From NCBI GenBank assembly GCA_051047955.1, contig JBPGPT010000004.1:1-64000 (forward strand): a stretch of 64,000 bases of DNA, read 5' to 3'. The notes below the pieces were generated by a model. It had not been told where the DNA came from, did no database searches, and saw only the letters and a list, made by a program, of their open reading frames with translations. Numbering within the stretch: the first letter of the stretch is position 1; each line of letters starts with the position of its first letter. The translations under genes and the position numbers were made by a program. Shown one piece after another: positions 1 to 13,282 of this stretch. The DNA comes from Cystobasidiomycetes sp. EMM_F5. Taxonomy: Eukaryota.

Positions 1-257
1 CCAGCAAGCTAGAATCTGAAAATGTGGAGTCAGACAGTGTCGAGATCGTGTCGTCGAGGCGCGTCTGAGAACGAAATATCAGTGTGGCCCAAGCTTGGGC
101 CGCTAGACGTGCTGGCTCGTAGTTGAAGAGCTTGACTCAACACTCTTCTAGACTTCTGGAGCAATCTTTATAGGCTGTTCTGGCGCTGTATCGGTCATGA
201 AGTTGATGTTAGAATTTTATGCGTGTTGGATACGGCTACTAGTACCGCTCTAATGCA

Positions 258-812
258 TATGGTAAAACCCCAGTTGAGTCTGTGCGCCAAGTACTTCAAC
301 TCATTTGATTAATAATGCAACATCAATACGCATGACTTCAACAACATTGAGACCAGCTCCATTTCCGTTCATCGTAACGCTGCTCGTCCTCCCGTCTGAG
401 TATATTCCGGCGTCAAAAGCTATTTTTGCCCTTGCCATTATCTTTTCAGACGCGTATGGGTACGCCTTGACTAAGGAATGGACCGGACTCGATAAAAATA
501 GAGACTTCGCAAGTCATGCAGCCTGAGGTTGAGATATGGATGTTACGGTATATATGTGCAGGAGCAATACGCACAGACATAGACGTATACGATCATGATA
601 GGCCGGGATTGACAATTATATTCGCTGTAGATCTCGGTAAAGTCGCCCATGGTTATCCAGGACTCAGGTTGGCCAATAGGACGCTGCGTTACTGCCGACA
701 GCTTGACAGCACACGATGCTTCACCGAATGTGCGAATGGTGGACAGCGAGTGGCGTGATGGATAAGTGGTACGCTCATCGTTCTTCTACTCCTGAACTCA
801 TATTACAGTAAT
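258..812 (-). pseudogene. Decayed tandem duplicate of the 3' half of the adjacent carnosine N-methyltransferase gene
   Basis: Minus-strand fragments align in order with the intact neighbour: ERTTYPSRHSLSTIRT vs [24 protein letters not shown] vs GDFTEIYS (22/24 nt, 624-647 vs 1243-1266), IFIESG/HSLVK vs [11 protein letters not shown] (frameshift), NELKYLAHRLNWGF vs [12 protein letters not shown]. Stops and frameshifts are present; boundaries approximate. Confidence 0.75.
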
Positions 813-2108
813 TTATGCGAGAGTGGCCGTCCAAAAGTCTGCTTGATACGTGTAGCGCATGTTGGACATCGGATTTGACGTGTATCCAAGCTCAATCTGC
901 CTTTCGTTCTATGGGTAGAGTAAGTTTATCGTGCTCATGCTGTGCCGCATTGGCACGCTTACTGCCAAGATGAAGCCCATCCGCCGAGCAACCTCCTTGA
1001 CTTCGTCCATCGGCATGTCGAGAGACCCGCAGGTCATGCCTTCAAAGTGCCAGAGAGAGGGACCGAGGTTGATCCAGATGCCACTTTGGTTCAAAACTGA
1101 TTTAATGGTTTCCAGGTATTTGACGATATTGTGCGCCGTATCGATGAAGAAGCACGTAACGATGCAATCCCACTCGCCTAGACGGAGAGGAAGTTGAGTC
1201 AAATGTAAACGAAGCTAAGGAGGGTTACTCACCAATCTCATTGCTGTAGATTTCCGTAAAGTCGCCAGCAGCCATTGAGAAGTCGACGTCCGCAGACAGA
1301 GACGACGGTAACACATCTGGTATTCCGATAGCCCGCAGTGCAGCGTCGGCAGTGCTAATGTTCGAGAGCGAGTGACAGAACGGATAGATAGTATGTTCTC
1401 CTACAGCCTGAGTCTGATTCAGGATGTAATTCGACGTGAAGAGCATGAAGGAACTTTAGAAGATATGTCAGCAGACGTAGCGGAGTGCGGGTATAGACCC
1501 ACCTAAACTCATTTCCCTGGCAGGAATACCCCCGTGAAGCGATTTCGAAGGGTAGGCGACCCAGACCGCATCCCGGCACGAGTACCTTGACATTACGTCG
1601 ACGAGATTCAGGAATATTGGCAAAGTGCGTATCCAGAGCCTTCAAGATTGGCAGAAAGCATTTGTCGCGTTCATGTCGGCCTTCGCTTGACCAGTCTCTG
1701 TGCAAGTGCCGCAGCGTTGACCGCAACTTCTCCATCTCATGCTCAGTCACCTTCGGCTTCGGTTTGCTTGGCTCTGCAATGCTGTTAGAATTATCGTGCA
1801 GCGTTGTTTTGACAAAGGCGGCGATATCCTCGAGAAACTCGGCATTGTCGACGATGCGGTGGTCGATATCCTGCAGCAGATTTTATTAAGCAAGGCTGAG
1901 GGCTTCGTCTAACAGCACACACAGCGAGACTGACGAGTATTATCTTGAGCTGATTGGGAAGCAAGGCCTGATGAGCCTCAGACAGGCTGCTGAAGGCCTG
2001 ACGGCGAAGATTGTTGGCAGCGAGGTGCACGTAGCGGTAGGCTCTGAAGGATCTCAGGATGTGATCATGATGGACAGCTTCTGGGTCGTCGTCGTCGTTG
2101 CTGGTCAT
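813..2108 (-). CDS. CARNMT1: Carnosine N-methyltransferase (N2227-like SAM-dependent methyltransferase), multi-exon
   Basis: Motifs [18 protein letters not shown] (SAM motif I), [34 protein letters not shown]; last exon NERQIELGY...FWTATLA ends at TAA 813-815. Confidence 0.9.
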
Positions 2109-2284
2109 TGGAAACAGCGATACCGCACTATCACCGTTTGATTGCTGGCACTGATTGTACCTGAGTCCAATTCAAAGCTGTGGCTTCATTGTTGCTTCAG
2201 CGCTGACTTATAACTCCGGCTGGACCAAGTACCTCTATTTGACCTGGTTACGGCATTAACACCTTCTTCTGAGCCGGTCTCATC

Positions 2285-3412
2285 ATGGCACCGACCGAGA
2301 AGCCAGCTCGCTCCGCTGCAGAGGCATTGCCCTTCGAAGTACTGTTCCAGATATTCAGCGTCGAGCTGCCGCGGATCACTACTCATCGCGAACGCTTGAA
2401 TGATCTTTCAGCTCTTTCGCTCGTCTCTCGCAAGTTCCGACCAGCCGCTCAGGCCGCTTTATTGAGCCATGTCTTCATTCGTGCAGTAGGAAGGGCATCG
2501 CTTCTTAGTGCCGTCCTGCGAAGTGATCCAAAGCTGTCAAAACATGTACAAACAGTCGCTTGGACCGACGGAACGCGTCGAGCAAACCCTCGAATCCTCG
2601 CAGATCTTCTGACCCTCGCAAAGCCGGCCGAAGTGGTCCTTGGAGATGGCTTCTATTCGACATCGCGTAACTCTCAGCAGGACGTGGGCGTTGTCCTTAA
2701 CGCACTCTCTCGATTGCAGCCTTTCACCTCGTTTTCGTACGGCTCCCACGAGCAACATCTTGCCGATACCTCCCTTCTTGGTATTCAGCTCATTTCGGCA
2801 CCTTTTAAAGGGCTTCAGCGCCTGGAGCTGATCAAGGTGGTCTGGCCCGGACAGTACAACGTACATCTATGGCACACATACCCTCCACCCGAATTTCAAC
2901 TGAAGCATTTGGGCGTTGACGATTGCGCGTTCATGACGTATAGCGAAGAAACGGAAAGCTGGCTACACTGGATCCTTGTCAATTCTGTATCCTCTCTCAG
3001 AAGCCTACGGTTGAATCGCATACCTCTGTCAGATCCCAAGTATGATGATGCAAGAGTTCTGCTTGCGAAGTGCGCTCCGAACTTACTGTCATTGGCGACT
3101 GCAAATCCGCCAACGGATGCTTGGGGACTGACGGGGGAAGATAACCGGCTCTGGCTTCATTCAACCAACCTCCTCTCATACACGACAAATCTCGGACCTC
3201 CAGACTTCTTGGAAAATAAGGTCAAGCTGCAGTATCTCGAAGTCCACAGCAAGAATTTGCATGCTCAGCTCCGCGCCGCTCTACGTAATAATATACTGCC
3301 AGCCTTACGACATATCGTTCTGGTTGATGCTTCACCCAGTCACCCTGACATACACGAAATCCAAAAACATTGCAAAAGTAATGAAATAGCCCTCACGCTG
3401 AGGCGAGAATAG
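2285..3412 (+). CDS. F-box-like protein with leucine-rich/RNI-like C-terminus, single exon
   Basis: 375-aa ORF with N-terminal LPFEVLFQIFS...LSALSLVSRKFRPAAQAALLSHV and repeated LxxLxL segments. Confidence 0.7.
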   Translation: MAPTEKPARSAAEALPFEVLFQIFSVELPRITTHRERLNDLSALSLVSRKFRPAAQAALLSHVFIRAVGRASLLSAVLRSDPKLSKHVQTVAWTDGTRRANPRILADLLTLAKPAEVVLGDGFYSTSRNSQQDVGVVLNALSRLQPFTSFSYGSHEQHLADTSLLGIQLISAPFKGLQRLELIKVVWPGQYNVHLWHTYPPPEFQLKHLGVDDCAFMTYSEETESWLHWILVNSVSSLRSLRLNRIPLSDPKYDDARVLLAKCAPNLLSLATANPPTDAWGLTGEDNRLWLHSTNLLSYTTNLGPPDFLENKVKLQYLEVHSKNLHAQLRAALRNNILPALRHIVLVDASPSHPDIHEIQKHCKSNEIALTLRRE

Positions 3413-3417
3413 TATAG

Positions 3418-5550
3418 CTACAGATAAGACTCTCCTGCCAACTCATCAATTGAAATCATTACATTACGTATCGAAAGGCTTTGTTCTGAAAGAAGCACCA
3501 TCAGTCGAAGTAGACTCCGTGCGAACCATGCTCGCGACATATTTACCTCAATATCCGTTACATCCTCGAAATGCAGACTAGGCTTCTCATTTGGGTACAT
3601 TCGATCTCTGCGTTTGTTTTCCCATACATAGTATGTCCTGTCCGGAGAATATGGTCAGTTAAGGGATGCGCAGCGTTAGAGACGGACTACTGGACGCTGA
3701 CCTAAGTCCCAACATGATTCCACAGCTTGATATGAAGCAGATCAGGCAAGCAAGGACTCCAGCTCGATAAGGCGGGGTCTCTCCGCCGACCCAAAATGTC
3801 GGACCCCTGCACAGCCAGAATAATACGTACTCAGCTCATCACGCGTGAAAGTTACTAGACGCGGACGTACAGAGCATTACCGCCGCCATATGCAAGGAAG
3901 ACCATGGCATTGACGATGATGCGTTTTGTACTGGAAAGGAGCGGACCGCTCAGAAACTTCATATAAGACTGCTTAGTATGCCGCTGTTTCACCACGTACT
4001 ATCCGTTTACATTAGAAGACGGGAGTGCGAATAGCTGCCCTAAAGCGGGAATAAACCCAACGACCAGGTAATAACCGAAGAGACGACCGCCGGTTGATCG
4101 CACCGTGTAAAGTATGCTCATAGCAATGACAGAGAAAGTTACCTGTGCAGAGAGGTATCTGTTAGCTCTAGACGTTTAATACCAATCCATATAGCCAACG
4201 CACAGATATGCTACCTGCAATCACTGGAAACCACGCATCAGAGTCTGCCCTTAACTCTCAATGAAATCGGTGACTCACATCGGCTATTTGAAACATGCTC
4301 TGCGACGAAGCCAACAGCCAACACGCCGATTATCTGCAGGACCGCTGTCGGCAGTCCAAGCAAGATTGAGTCGAGAGAGCCAAAACCGTAGGCAACCAGA
4401 ATGAGATGAAAGTAATTTCCCAGTCCGCCGTTGCAAATGCTCAGGCCAAAGACCGCCAGGAACAGCAGCCAGCCCTGCGGATCCTGTAGTGGATTGAAAG
4501 CTTCTCGCGCTTGCGCCCACTTACTGCGTATGAAGTTGGCGTCGAGCAACGGGATATAGTAGATGAGCATGCGACTCACAATACTGGGCCAGATAAGGAG
4601 CTTTGATTGAGCCGTACTCGGTTCAGGGCGATAGTTCTCTCTTTAAGGTCCAAAAAGCTTGCACTCTCGGGTGAGTTGGGACATAGCCATAGAAAGGCCA
4701 TTCCACCGAGAAGGGTTATGATGCCATTTAACAGAAAGATGTATGCCCAATTAGGGATTGAGGTGCCGTATATCTGCCCAACACCGTACGCTTTGGGGAT
4801 TCTGTCAGTCAAGGCCTTCGCAGTACCGACATCTGGCTTACCAAAGAGACCACCAAAGAAATTGCCAAGAGCGTTACAGCAATACCAGACGGCAACGCGG
4901 AAAGGCTGTTCTCTACGAGTATAGAAGCGAGCCGTAATGAGTGCGAAGCCAGGGGTTACCATTGATTCGGCGGCTCCTAGCAGGGTCCGCAACGCAGCTA
5001 TCCCAGCAAAATTGCGGGGCCCAGCCATGCCCATACTATAGGACGGAGCTGAACGGCATTAGAGAAGGGAAGAATGTCTCGTTTTATGGATATATCGTAC
5101 AGCAGAGCGCCCCACACGATGATGAGTATCCCAAGAAATAAAGTTGTCCGGCATTTCTGCATGAGAAAGACGCCTGGAAATTCGAAGACCGTATACCCTA
5201 TATAGAAGACGGTTCCAAGCCACGAGTATTCTCCACCTTTTAGGCCGATATCTTTGCGGAAATTGAAGACGGCGGCATACGCTGCAGTCGACAGTCGTCA
5301 GACAGAGCATTTTCAAAGCGGAAAGAGACCCTACACATAGAAGACTTGTCGATATCTTGTACGCGACAATCAGCAGTGTTCTAAGGGTACTAGCATGCTT
5401 TTGCTCACATTGTAGCATGTAAATGCCACCCAGGACAGGCAGCAATCGCCGGTCTATCTTTTTCAGGACAATCCTTCGCTCATCGTTCGTAGCGGAAGCT
5501 GTGAAGATGTCATTGTATGTAGGGCACCAAGAAGTTTCATGCGGATCCAT
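3418..5550 (-). CDS. MFS transporter of the allantoate/anion:cation symporter (Dal5-like) family, many exons
   Basis: ERRIVLKKIDRRLLP, RTLLGAAESMVTPGF, FYTRREQPFRVAVWY, PNSPESASFL, SNVNGYTKR; hydrophobic segments join through canonical introns; stop at 3418. Confidence 0.88.
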
Positions 5551-5593
5551 GTGATGCGATCTGATATCTAAATATCGAAAATGCTGCACACCT

Positions 5594-5626
5594 CGGCAGG
5601 CCGGAACTCACCATCGGCCATTCCGG
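5594..5626. promoter_or_regulatory. Cluster of CGG half-sites in the shared MFS / Zn2Cys6 promoter
   Basis: CGG at 5594, 5602, 5615 and 5624; inverted pair CCGGAA (5601-5606) / TTCCGG (5621-5626). Confidence 0.35.
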
Positions 5627-5839
5627 AGAAAGCTTGATGGATGTCGATGCATTTGTTGGACGCAGACCAAGATTGGTGTGACCCTGCTTGTCGTTGGGAG
5701 CCTCAACGGAGCTTTCAGCATCTGCTCGGAAGTCTGTCTGCCGCTGACAGCTTTTGCCAAGTTAGGTAAGATTTGATCAGCTTCATGTAGCCGACGACCG
5801 AGCTCAGATCAGATTGCCTCGCTGATAGCATGGACTCAC

Positions 5840-8829
5840 ATGTTACCTTCGACGCAGCCCAACAATGCTCGAGTCATGTTTCCGTTGGACGATGGCGAGA
5901 ACAGCGACGGCGACGCGAGTCAACCGGAAAAAACCAACAACTTGAAACGAGCAGCGTCGGCCGGTGACGATGAGAATGCCTCTCGGAAACGTCGGAATCG
6001 CGCAGTCTTGAGTTGTCGGCCGTGCAAAGCCAGGAAGATCAAGTCGGTCGTTGCAGTGAATCTGACTTGCTGTCTTGTTGGCTGAGCATTGGCCCGAAAG
6101 AACAGGTGTGACCGCCGGCAACCTTGCGAGTCGTGCACAAGACGCGGTATTCCGCAAGATTGTGCTTGGGACGACAGTAGCAAGATATTGGACTCGCAAC
6201 CTTTTGCATCAACGATTGACTTGGAAGACATTCGATATCGGCTAGAACTGGTTGAGAACGTGATTAGCCGACTACCGCCCAACATCCTATTAAGCATCGG
6301 AAGTACGACTGCAGCGGTCCTCGCTCAATCAGGCGCAGTGAATGGGAAAAGTCAAACGAATGATTCAGGAGCGAATCACACCAAAGGCGGGGAGTCTGAC
6401 GAAGGCGAGGGTGAAGGGGAAGAGGCTGCTGTTGGCGCTCTGGAGGAGCTTGCGTTAGGGCATCGTTTGCGAGTCAAGAACAACAGTAGGCATCGTACCG
6501 CTGAAATTCTGCTTAATGCTGATATGCCGTGCAGACACTACGCTCGAGTTTGCTGGCGCCTCGCAATTGCCCATCGCCCTAGGCCACTTGTACACGAGCG
6601 GAACGCCGAACAAGAAAGGCGACACGCCCGTCACTTCCAATGGCAGTTTCTCCACACACAATCCTGCAGTCGCTGCTGCGGAACAACGAACTCATTCGAC
6701 AATCTTCCTGTCGAAGCCTGCTGGCGGTACAGACATTCCGCCCACTGATTTCTTGGCCCAACAGCATCCGAGCAATCTGATACGTCAAGCGCTGAAAGCT
6801 CTACCTCGTCAGCTCATCACGGACAAACTTCTCGACTACTACTTTGATGAGTGTTCGTGGACCAACAGAAGTTACTACAAGCCATATTTCGATGCCGAAT
6901 ACCAGGCTTTCTGGGCGCACATGTACATTGGAGGCCAACCAGAGCTTGTTGATCCGGCATGGCTGGCATTAGTCTTTGCGCAGTGTGCACTAGCGTATGT
7001 GGAACCCACTTGGACTGAGCCGCGTGGATCTGACAGGCCCGTTCGTAGAGCTCGAGCCATGCCGGCAAACTTTCTGGACGGCGAGAGTGAGGCGATAGTG
7101 CGAGCCCTGCCCGAACAGTTCTTCAAAGCTTCGCAGATCTGTCTGGACGCAGCATGTTGGACGGCCCGTCCTCAATTCAGAGTGTTACAAACCCTTTGCC
7201 TTTATGGACCATTCGTATGGTTTACAGCCAGCCGAAACGAGGGCATCGTGTGGTTGTCCAGCGCTATACGTATATCTCAATTACTCGGAATCCATCGCTT
7301 GGGGAACGATCAGGAAACTATGCCTGAGTGGGAGGACTTGGCGTTCCCTACAGGACCGTCGTCGCTAAAGAGACAGCTTTGCGCTCGAGTCTGGTACAAC
7401 CTGATGTTTCTGGATGCCATGTATACAAGTTCCAAGGATCACGCAACATGTATGTTTTAACACATGCTTGTCACCATGGCGCTGAACTTTATCTTCAGTC
7501 TTTCCGGTCCCGGGTGCGACGACTGCTTTGCCAATGAACTGCAACGACTCGGAACTGCTCACCTCAAAAGTCATACTGGACAAGCCGCGGTTCGTCTTGA
7601 CAGACATGACGTACGATTTGTTTCGCTGGGCCATTGCAGTCAGTCGACCATGATGGATAGGTCAAGTAGTTCATTGACCGAAAGCTTTGATTTCAGGACA
7701 TATGGCGTTTCGCGGAAAACGGCATCATCAAATCTTATGATGCCATCTTGAAGCAGGACGACCAGATACGTAAGGTTGTCGCGACCCTGCCTCCCGAATT
7801 AATGGTCACAGAGGCTGGTGATCAGAAATCGAATTCGCTTATCTGGAAGCGAGTGCGTCTTGAGACCGCATTTGCCTTGCATTCCGCTGACCTTTGCCCA
7901 GAGTATTATATTGAGCGGCCTCTACGCCCAAGTCGTACGGCTTCATAGGCCTTTTTACTATCGATCTTTCAAGAATTCGAAATTCAGCAGCTCTCGCATG
8001 GCTTGTGTTAGCGCGTCTATCGCAATTATACAGCACAACAACATTTTGTCGGCAGTCTCTCGGCAAGAGCGATACTGGTACATGTTTGTACATGTCTTCA
8101 GTGCTGTCATTTGCTTGCTTCTCGATTTGCTCCATCTGGTCGACTCGAACGACGCCGACAAGGACAAAGTCATCGCTGAACGCATCGGGCAAATGGAGCA
8201 AGCCAAGAATGTGTTTTTGTCTGCAAAGGAGACAACAAGGCTTGGCCCATCCAAGCGCATTTGTCAGATTGGACAAACCTGTAAGTTCGAGGCTAGCTGA
8301 CTACCAAACATGAGCCCCTTTGACGGACTGTGGTAGTGATCAACGCGACTGTCGCTGCAACTCGAGACAGACAAAACCGCGCCGTCACTGGCTTGGAAAA
8401 GCAAGAGACATTTACAGCGAGCTTTGCCGTGGGTATCAAGTTTAGATTTCTTTTGGCCGTCTAACATACCGTGTTTTGCTCGTGTAGCGGATTGCAGCGG
8501 AAGTACAAGCGTCCGTTGAGAATCCCCAGCCCCAAACCGACGCTTCAATGTCACACTTTGTGGACGCTCCCAATCTAGCGTTTCACAACTACGCGAACCC
8601 TCCGTCGGGAGTCACCGATCCATATCAGCCTATCGATCAACCAGCCACAGCCGACATGCTGAGGTCGCTTGGTCTTTCTCTGGATCAGATCATCCTCCCT
8701 TCCCCTCCGACGTCTAGCACATCAACCTCTGTCAATACATCGCTTGCATATGAGTACGTACAGCCAGAAAGCGTCTTTGATACAATTTTCAAAGAAAGCG
8801 ATTTCAAGCAGTTGTGGTGGAACTCGTGA
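5840..8829 (+). CDS. Zn(II)2Cys6 transcription factor with fungal-specific TF middle domain
   Basis: RKRRNRAVLSCRPCKARKIK|CDRRQPCESCTRRGIPQDC (cluster split by an intron); later WLSSAIRISQLLGIHRL and VVRLHRPF. Confidence 0.9.
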
Positions 8830-8868
8830 TGTTGTATACAACGACAAAATTACGCATACCCTGCCATC

Positions 8869-11021
8869 TCATGCGTGTGCGGTACTTTCAGGAATGATTG
8901 CCAGTAGGGCAACATTTTTTGCCTCCTTGATCTTGAGCCATCTCCCGTACTTATGCTCTTGCGCTACACTCGCGACGAGCAGTGCACCCTTACGTAATCC
9001 AGCATTTGCTTTCTTTGCCTGTTTACCCGCTTTGAGCCTACTTCCCGGCAATTGACATAACTGTAGGGAGTTTATGACGCCGACTGCAGGTATCTGCCCA
9101 GCGGCAACAAAACTGCGTAGATCGCTCGTGATGCGCCATAATCTGATCTGACCGTCCCATGAACCGGACGCGAAAAGGTCGGAATAAGGTAGTGTAGCCA
9201 GCGAGACTATCCAGCGAGGCTCTGAGAGCAGGCCTTCGGTCTGCGAATGCGTCTCCTGCAGCCCATGCGCTACGGGAAATGTGAATATTGGCTTCTTCTT
9301 CAAGATAGACCAGAGGGCTATAGATCTATAGGGTGGCAGTATTCGTGGTTAGTGCGACTTTGGGGGATATTCTATACAAAGTTGGGCGCTTACCCTGAAT
9401 CTCCACCGCTGAGAAAGTGCTGGTCATCGATCATGGCAACGCAGTCGGCTGAGCCTTCCACAAATCTCCTGTCTTCTGCCGGTACTCCATTGGCTTTTGT
9501 TCCTCGTTTGGTGGAGACCGAAGTCAATTGCCCGTCTTCTTCTTCAATATCCTCAGCCACGCCACCCTCCAACATTCTCCGCACTTTGCTAGTTGTACCT
9601 GCTCGGAAAACGAGCTGACTTTCATCCCGGACTTTCCAGTATCGTACCGTCTTGTCTCTTGCGCCCGCCGTAACTGCCAACTCGTTTCGCAGGACATCGA
9701 TATCGGTGATTGAGTCTTGGTGGCCGTACAGCGTTTCGACGTAGGAAAGACTGGCTGCATCGTATATCTTGATTGACCGATCGAAAGAGGAGGAATAGAC
9801 TTGTGTTGACCCTGAGCGGAACTTTACTGTGCCTATCGAGTCTCGATGACCAGTCAACCCGCGTACCCATTTACAGCCCTGCCCTCGTTCGCGAGAAGTG
9901 ATATCCCATACGCCGATCCGCCGGTCTTTGCCAGCTGTGACTAGTCGACTACCGTCACTGCTGATGTCGAGAGTGTACAGTTCGTTTGTGTGGCCATGGA
10001 CATTCGCATCGTCCAACGTAGGATTGTTCGATGCTTTCGCTTTCCCTTTCGTTTTTCCTCCTTTTGCTCCGGTCTTTGTAGACTTGCTCCCCGACGGCTT
10101 CTTTGGTAGAAAATCGGTCTTGGATATCTGCAGGTGGGGAAGGGACGAGGTAGAAGCGTGAGGCTGTTGTGTGGTCGAATTCTCTTGTGAAATAGAGAGG
10201 AGTGAAGATATGTCCCATCTGGCCAGCGAGCCGTCTTTGCTGCATGTGAAAAGGGTGCGACAGTCGTCGCTGATTCTGCTACACGTCACTGGCAGACGGT
10301 GGACTTTGTTTGATGTCGAAGCCACTTGTGCAGCCGCAATTGCAAGCTGTGACCAGCATAGTGAGCACAACACGTGGAGCGTGAGCACAAAGCATCCGTC
10401 ACTTACACTTTCCGCTATCCGTAAGTGCAATCTACCCGACACTTCGAGCTGTATTGTGTGCGACCTGTCAGACTATTTTCGCATATGTCTGAAAATTATT
10501 CCAATTTACCACATCTTCCTGAAGTCGGTCGTTGATATAGTCGCGTTCCAGTTGCTGTGCATCAATACCTTGGACGTCTTCAAAGTAGTGCCAATGTCAA
10601 TATACTTTTATATTCCAAAATTTAGCAATGACCTACCCTCTTGCGCCGCCTTCAAGCTGTCCAGATACTGCGTTGCCAGTCTCAGCCGTTTCTGAGCTGG
10701 CGTTTCCCGAGCTTCTGCTTCCTCGTCACTGTCGAGACCTGGGTCTTCTCTCGAATAAACATCCCCATCTCCAGCAGAATCGTCGTTGTCGCTACCGCTT
10801 TCGTTGGATCCTGCAAGCACTTCGTCCTGCTGCTCCCGCTCCTTTCTGCTCAGCTTTGCGCCCTTGTAGCCATTCGATTTGCGACTTGAAGTAACAGATG
10901 TCGCAGCTCTGCTGTCGCTGCGTCTGCCGTTTGGCCTGGCTGCTGACCCATTATTGATACTTTGCCGTTTTCGCTTGCCAGACTGCGACCGGCCTCCCTC
11001 AAAGAAGTGGTCCACTGCCAT
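8869..11021 (-). CDS. RRP9: U3 snoRNP WD40 protein Rrp9 / U3-55K
   Basis: ETPAQKRLRLATQYL, WD repeats, YVETLYGHQD, SDLFASGSWDG, VAQEHKYGRW. Confidence 0.93.
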
Positions 11022-11154
11022 GGACGAGGTTGACTCAAACTCAGTCGTGGGCAGTCACAAAGCCATAAAATAATCTAAAATCTCCCAATTTTGAACAATT
11101 TCGTGCGTCAACGCCACTGCAAATTGTTGCTTTCTGACCATAACTACGACAGCC

Positions 11155-13282
11155 ATGGCGGAAACGAGTAGTGCAGCAGCGAGGGCAAACGGCAAGAAGA
11201 AGGAAAAGAAGCGCAGCGATGGACAGCGCAAAGCCAGCAAGGGAAAAAGCCGCGAAGAGCCTGCCGCCGTGGCAGCTGAAGCGACGGAGATTGTTGGAAA
11301 CGGCCAGGACGTCGAAGGGGACGGTCTGATGGAGCCTTACATTGACGACGAACACGCAGTCGAAGTCTCACGAAGGCGTATCTCGCGGGACGAGGATATC
11401 GAGCACGACGCTGGCAACTCGGCTTTGATCACGTCGACAGCTTCAGAAGCGACAGCCGAAGCGAAAAATTTGCAGGATGAAGAAGATGCGCTGGCTGCAT
11501 ATGCCGCTGCTACGGCGGGAGACAACGGAGCGGATGGAGGAATGTCCGCTGGAGCCTCGACAGACCCCTCCTCGTCGAAACAGGTCGTCATTAATACAGA
11601 TTTTGCATCACTAAACCTGTCGCAACAGACGACAAATGCGATTCAAGAGATGGGATTCACAAAGATGACAGAGGTGCAAGCGAGATGTATACCCCCTCTG
11701 ATGACTGGAAGAGACGTACTTGGAGCAGCAAAGACTGGCTCTGGAAAGACGCTAGCTTTTCTGATCCCCGCGATAGAGATGCTCAACAGGCTGCACTTCA
11801 AGCCAAGGAACGGTAAGGCTGCTCACATACGCTCGTTCAATATACGCGCTGACTTGATTTTATTATCAGGAACCGGTGTCATCGTCGTATCGCCCACGCG
11901 CGAATTGGCACTCCAGATCTTTGGGGTTGCCAAAGAGTTGTGCAAGCACCACAATCAGACTTTTGCCATCGTCATGGGCGGAGCGAATCGCAAGGCAGAA
12001 GCCGAGAAACTGGCAAAGGGTGTCAACCTACTCGTCAGTACGCCCGGTCGTCTGCTGGATCACTTGCAGAACACAAAGGGATTTGTCTTCAAGAACGTCA
12101 AAGCGCTCATTATTGACGAAGCCGACCGGATATTAGAGATTGGATTCGAGGAAGAGATGCGAAAAATTGTCAAGCTGTTGCCGAGCGGTAGGTGTGCTTG
12201 AACTACATTACATCCGGGTCTCATTCAAACCACTACGTTTTGCAGAGAATCGCCAGACAATGCTGTTTTCGGCCACTCAGACTACCAAAGTCTCAGACCT
12301 TGCGCGCATCTCCCTTCGCCCTGGTCCACTCTACATCAATGTCGATTCTGCAAAGGAGACTTCGACAGCAGAAGGTCTCGAGCAAGGTTATGTCGTCTGT
12401 GATTCCCATCAGCGCTTCCTTCTTCTCTTTACCTTTCTCCGCAAGAATCTCAAGAAGAAGGTCATCGTCTTCTTTTCCAGCTGTAACTCCGTCAAATACT
12501 ATGCCGAACTTCTCAACTACATCGACGTTCCCGTTTTGGACCTACATGGCAAACAAAAGCAGCAGAAGCGATCGCAGACATTCTTCGAATTCTGTAACGC
12601 CACGACGGGAATTTTGCTTTGTACGAATGTCGCTGCAAGAGGTCTCGATATTCCGAAGGTAGACTGGATCATCCAGTTCGACCCACCGGACGAGGCGACA
12701 GACTACATTCACCGCGTTGGCCGGACTGCACGTGCTGGCAAAAGCGGAAAATCACTCCTATTCTTACTGCCTTCTGAACTTGGCTTCTTGCGCCTGCTCA
12801 AGATTGCAAAAGTACCACTGAATGAGTATACCTTCCCGCTGGACAAGGTTGCAAATGTGCAATCCCAGCTAGAGAAGCTCATCACCAAGAATTATTACCT
12901 CCATCAATCGGCCAAAGACGGTTTCCGATCCTACATACAAGCATACGCTTCTTATTCACTCAAGCGTATCTTCAACGTGCACGATCTTGATTTAGCCAAG
13001 GTCGCGCGTGCTTACGGATTCAGTGTACCGCCCGCCGTGAATATTCCGATAGGCACCAGTACAAAAGGTGCCAAGCGGAAATCTCGTGACGATGAAGCAG
13101 ACGTTGAAGTCGATGCTGTCGAGAGTGAACACGACGAAGCGCAAGCCAGTAAAGTTGCACGAAATGACAAGCATAGTCAGAATCGACGACGCGAAGTCAA
13201 CGGACACAAAAATGTGGAAAAGGATTTCTATCGAAACCAGGGTCGACCTAATGCTGCATCTAGTACACAATGGAGTCGTTAG
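11155..13282 (+). CDS. HAS1: DEAD-box RNA helicase Has1 / DDX18
   Basis: [52 protein letters not shown]; two introns. Confidence 0.95.

Noticed and set aside
1..68. Possible 3' end of a plus-strand gene (SKLESENVESDSVEIVSSRRV then TGA)
   Set aside because: Too short to support or identify.
8869..13282. Divergent RRP9-HAS1 ribosome-biogenesis pair as a novel regulon
   Set aside because: Adjacent pairing of ribosome-biogenesis genes is already known in fungi, and no clear PAC/RRPE motif was seen in the 133-bp gap.
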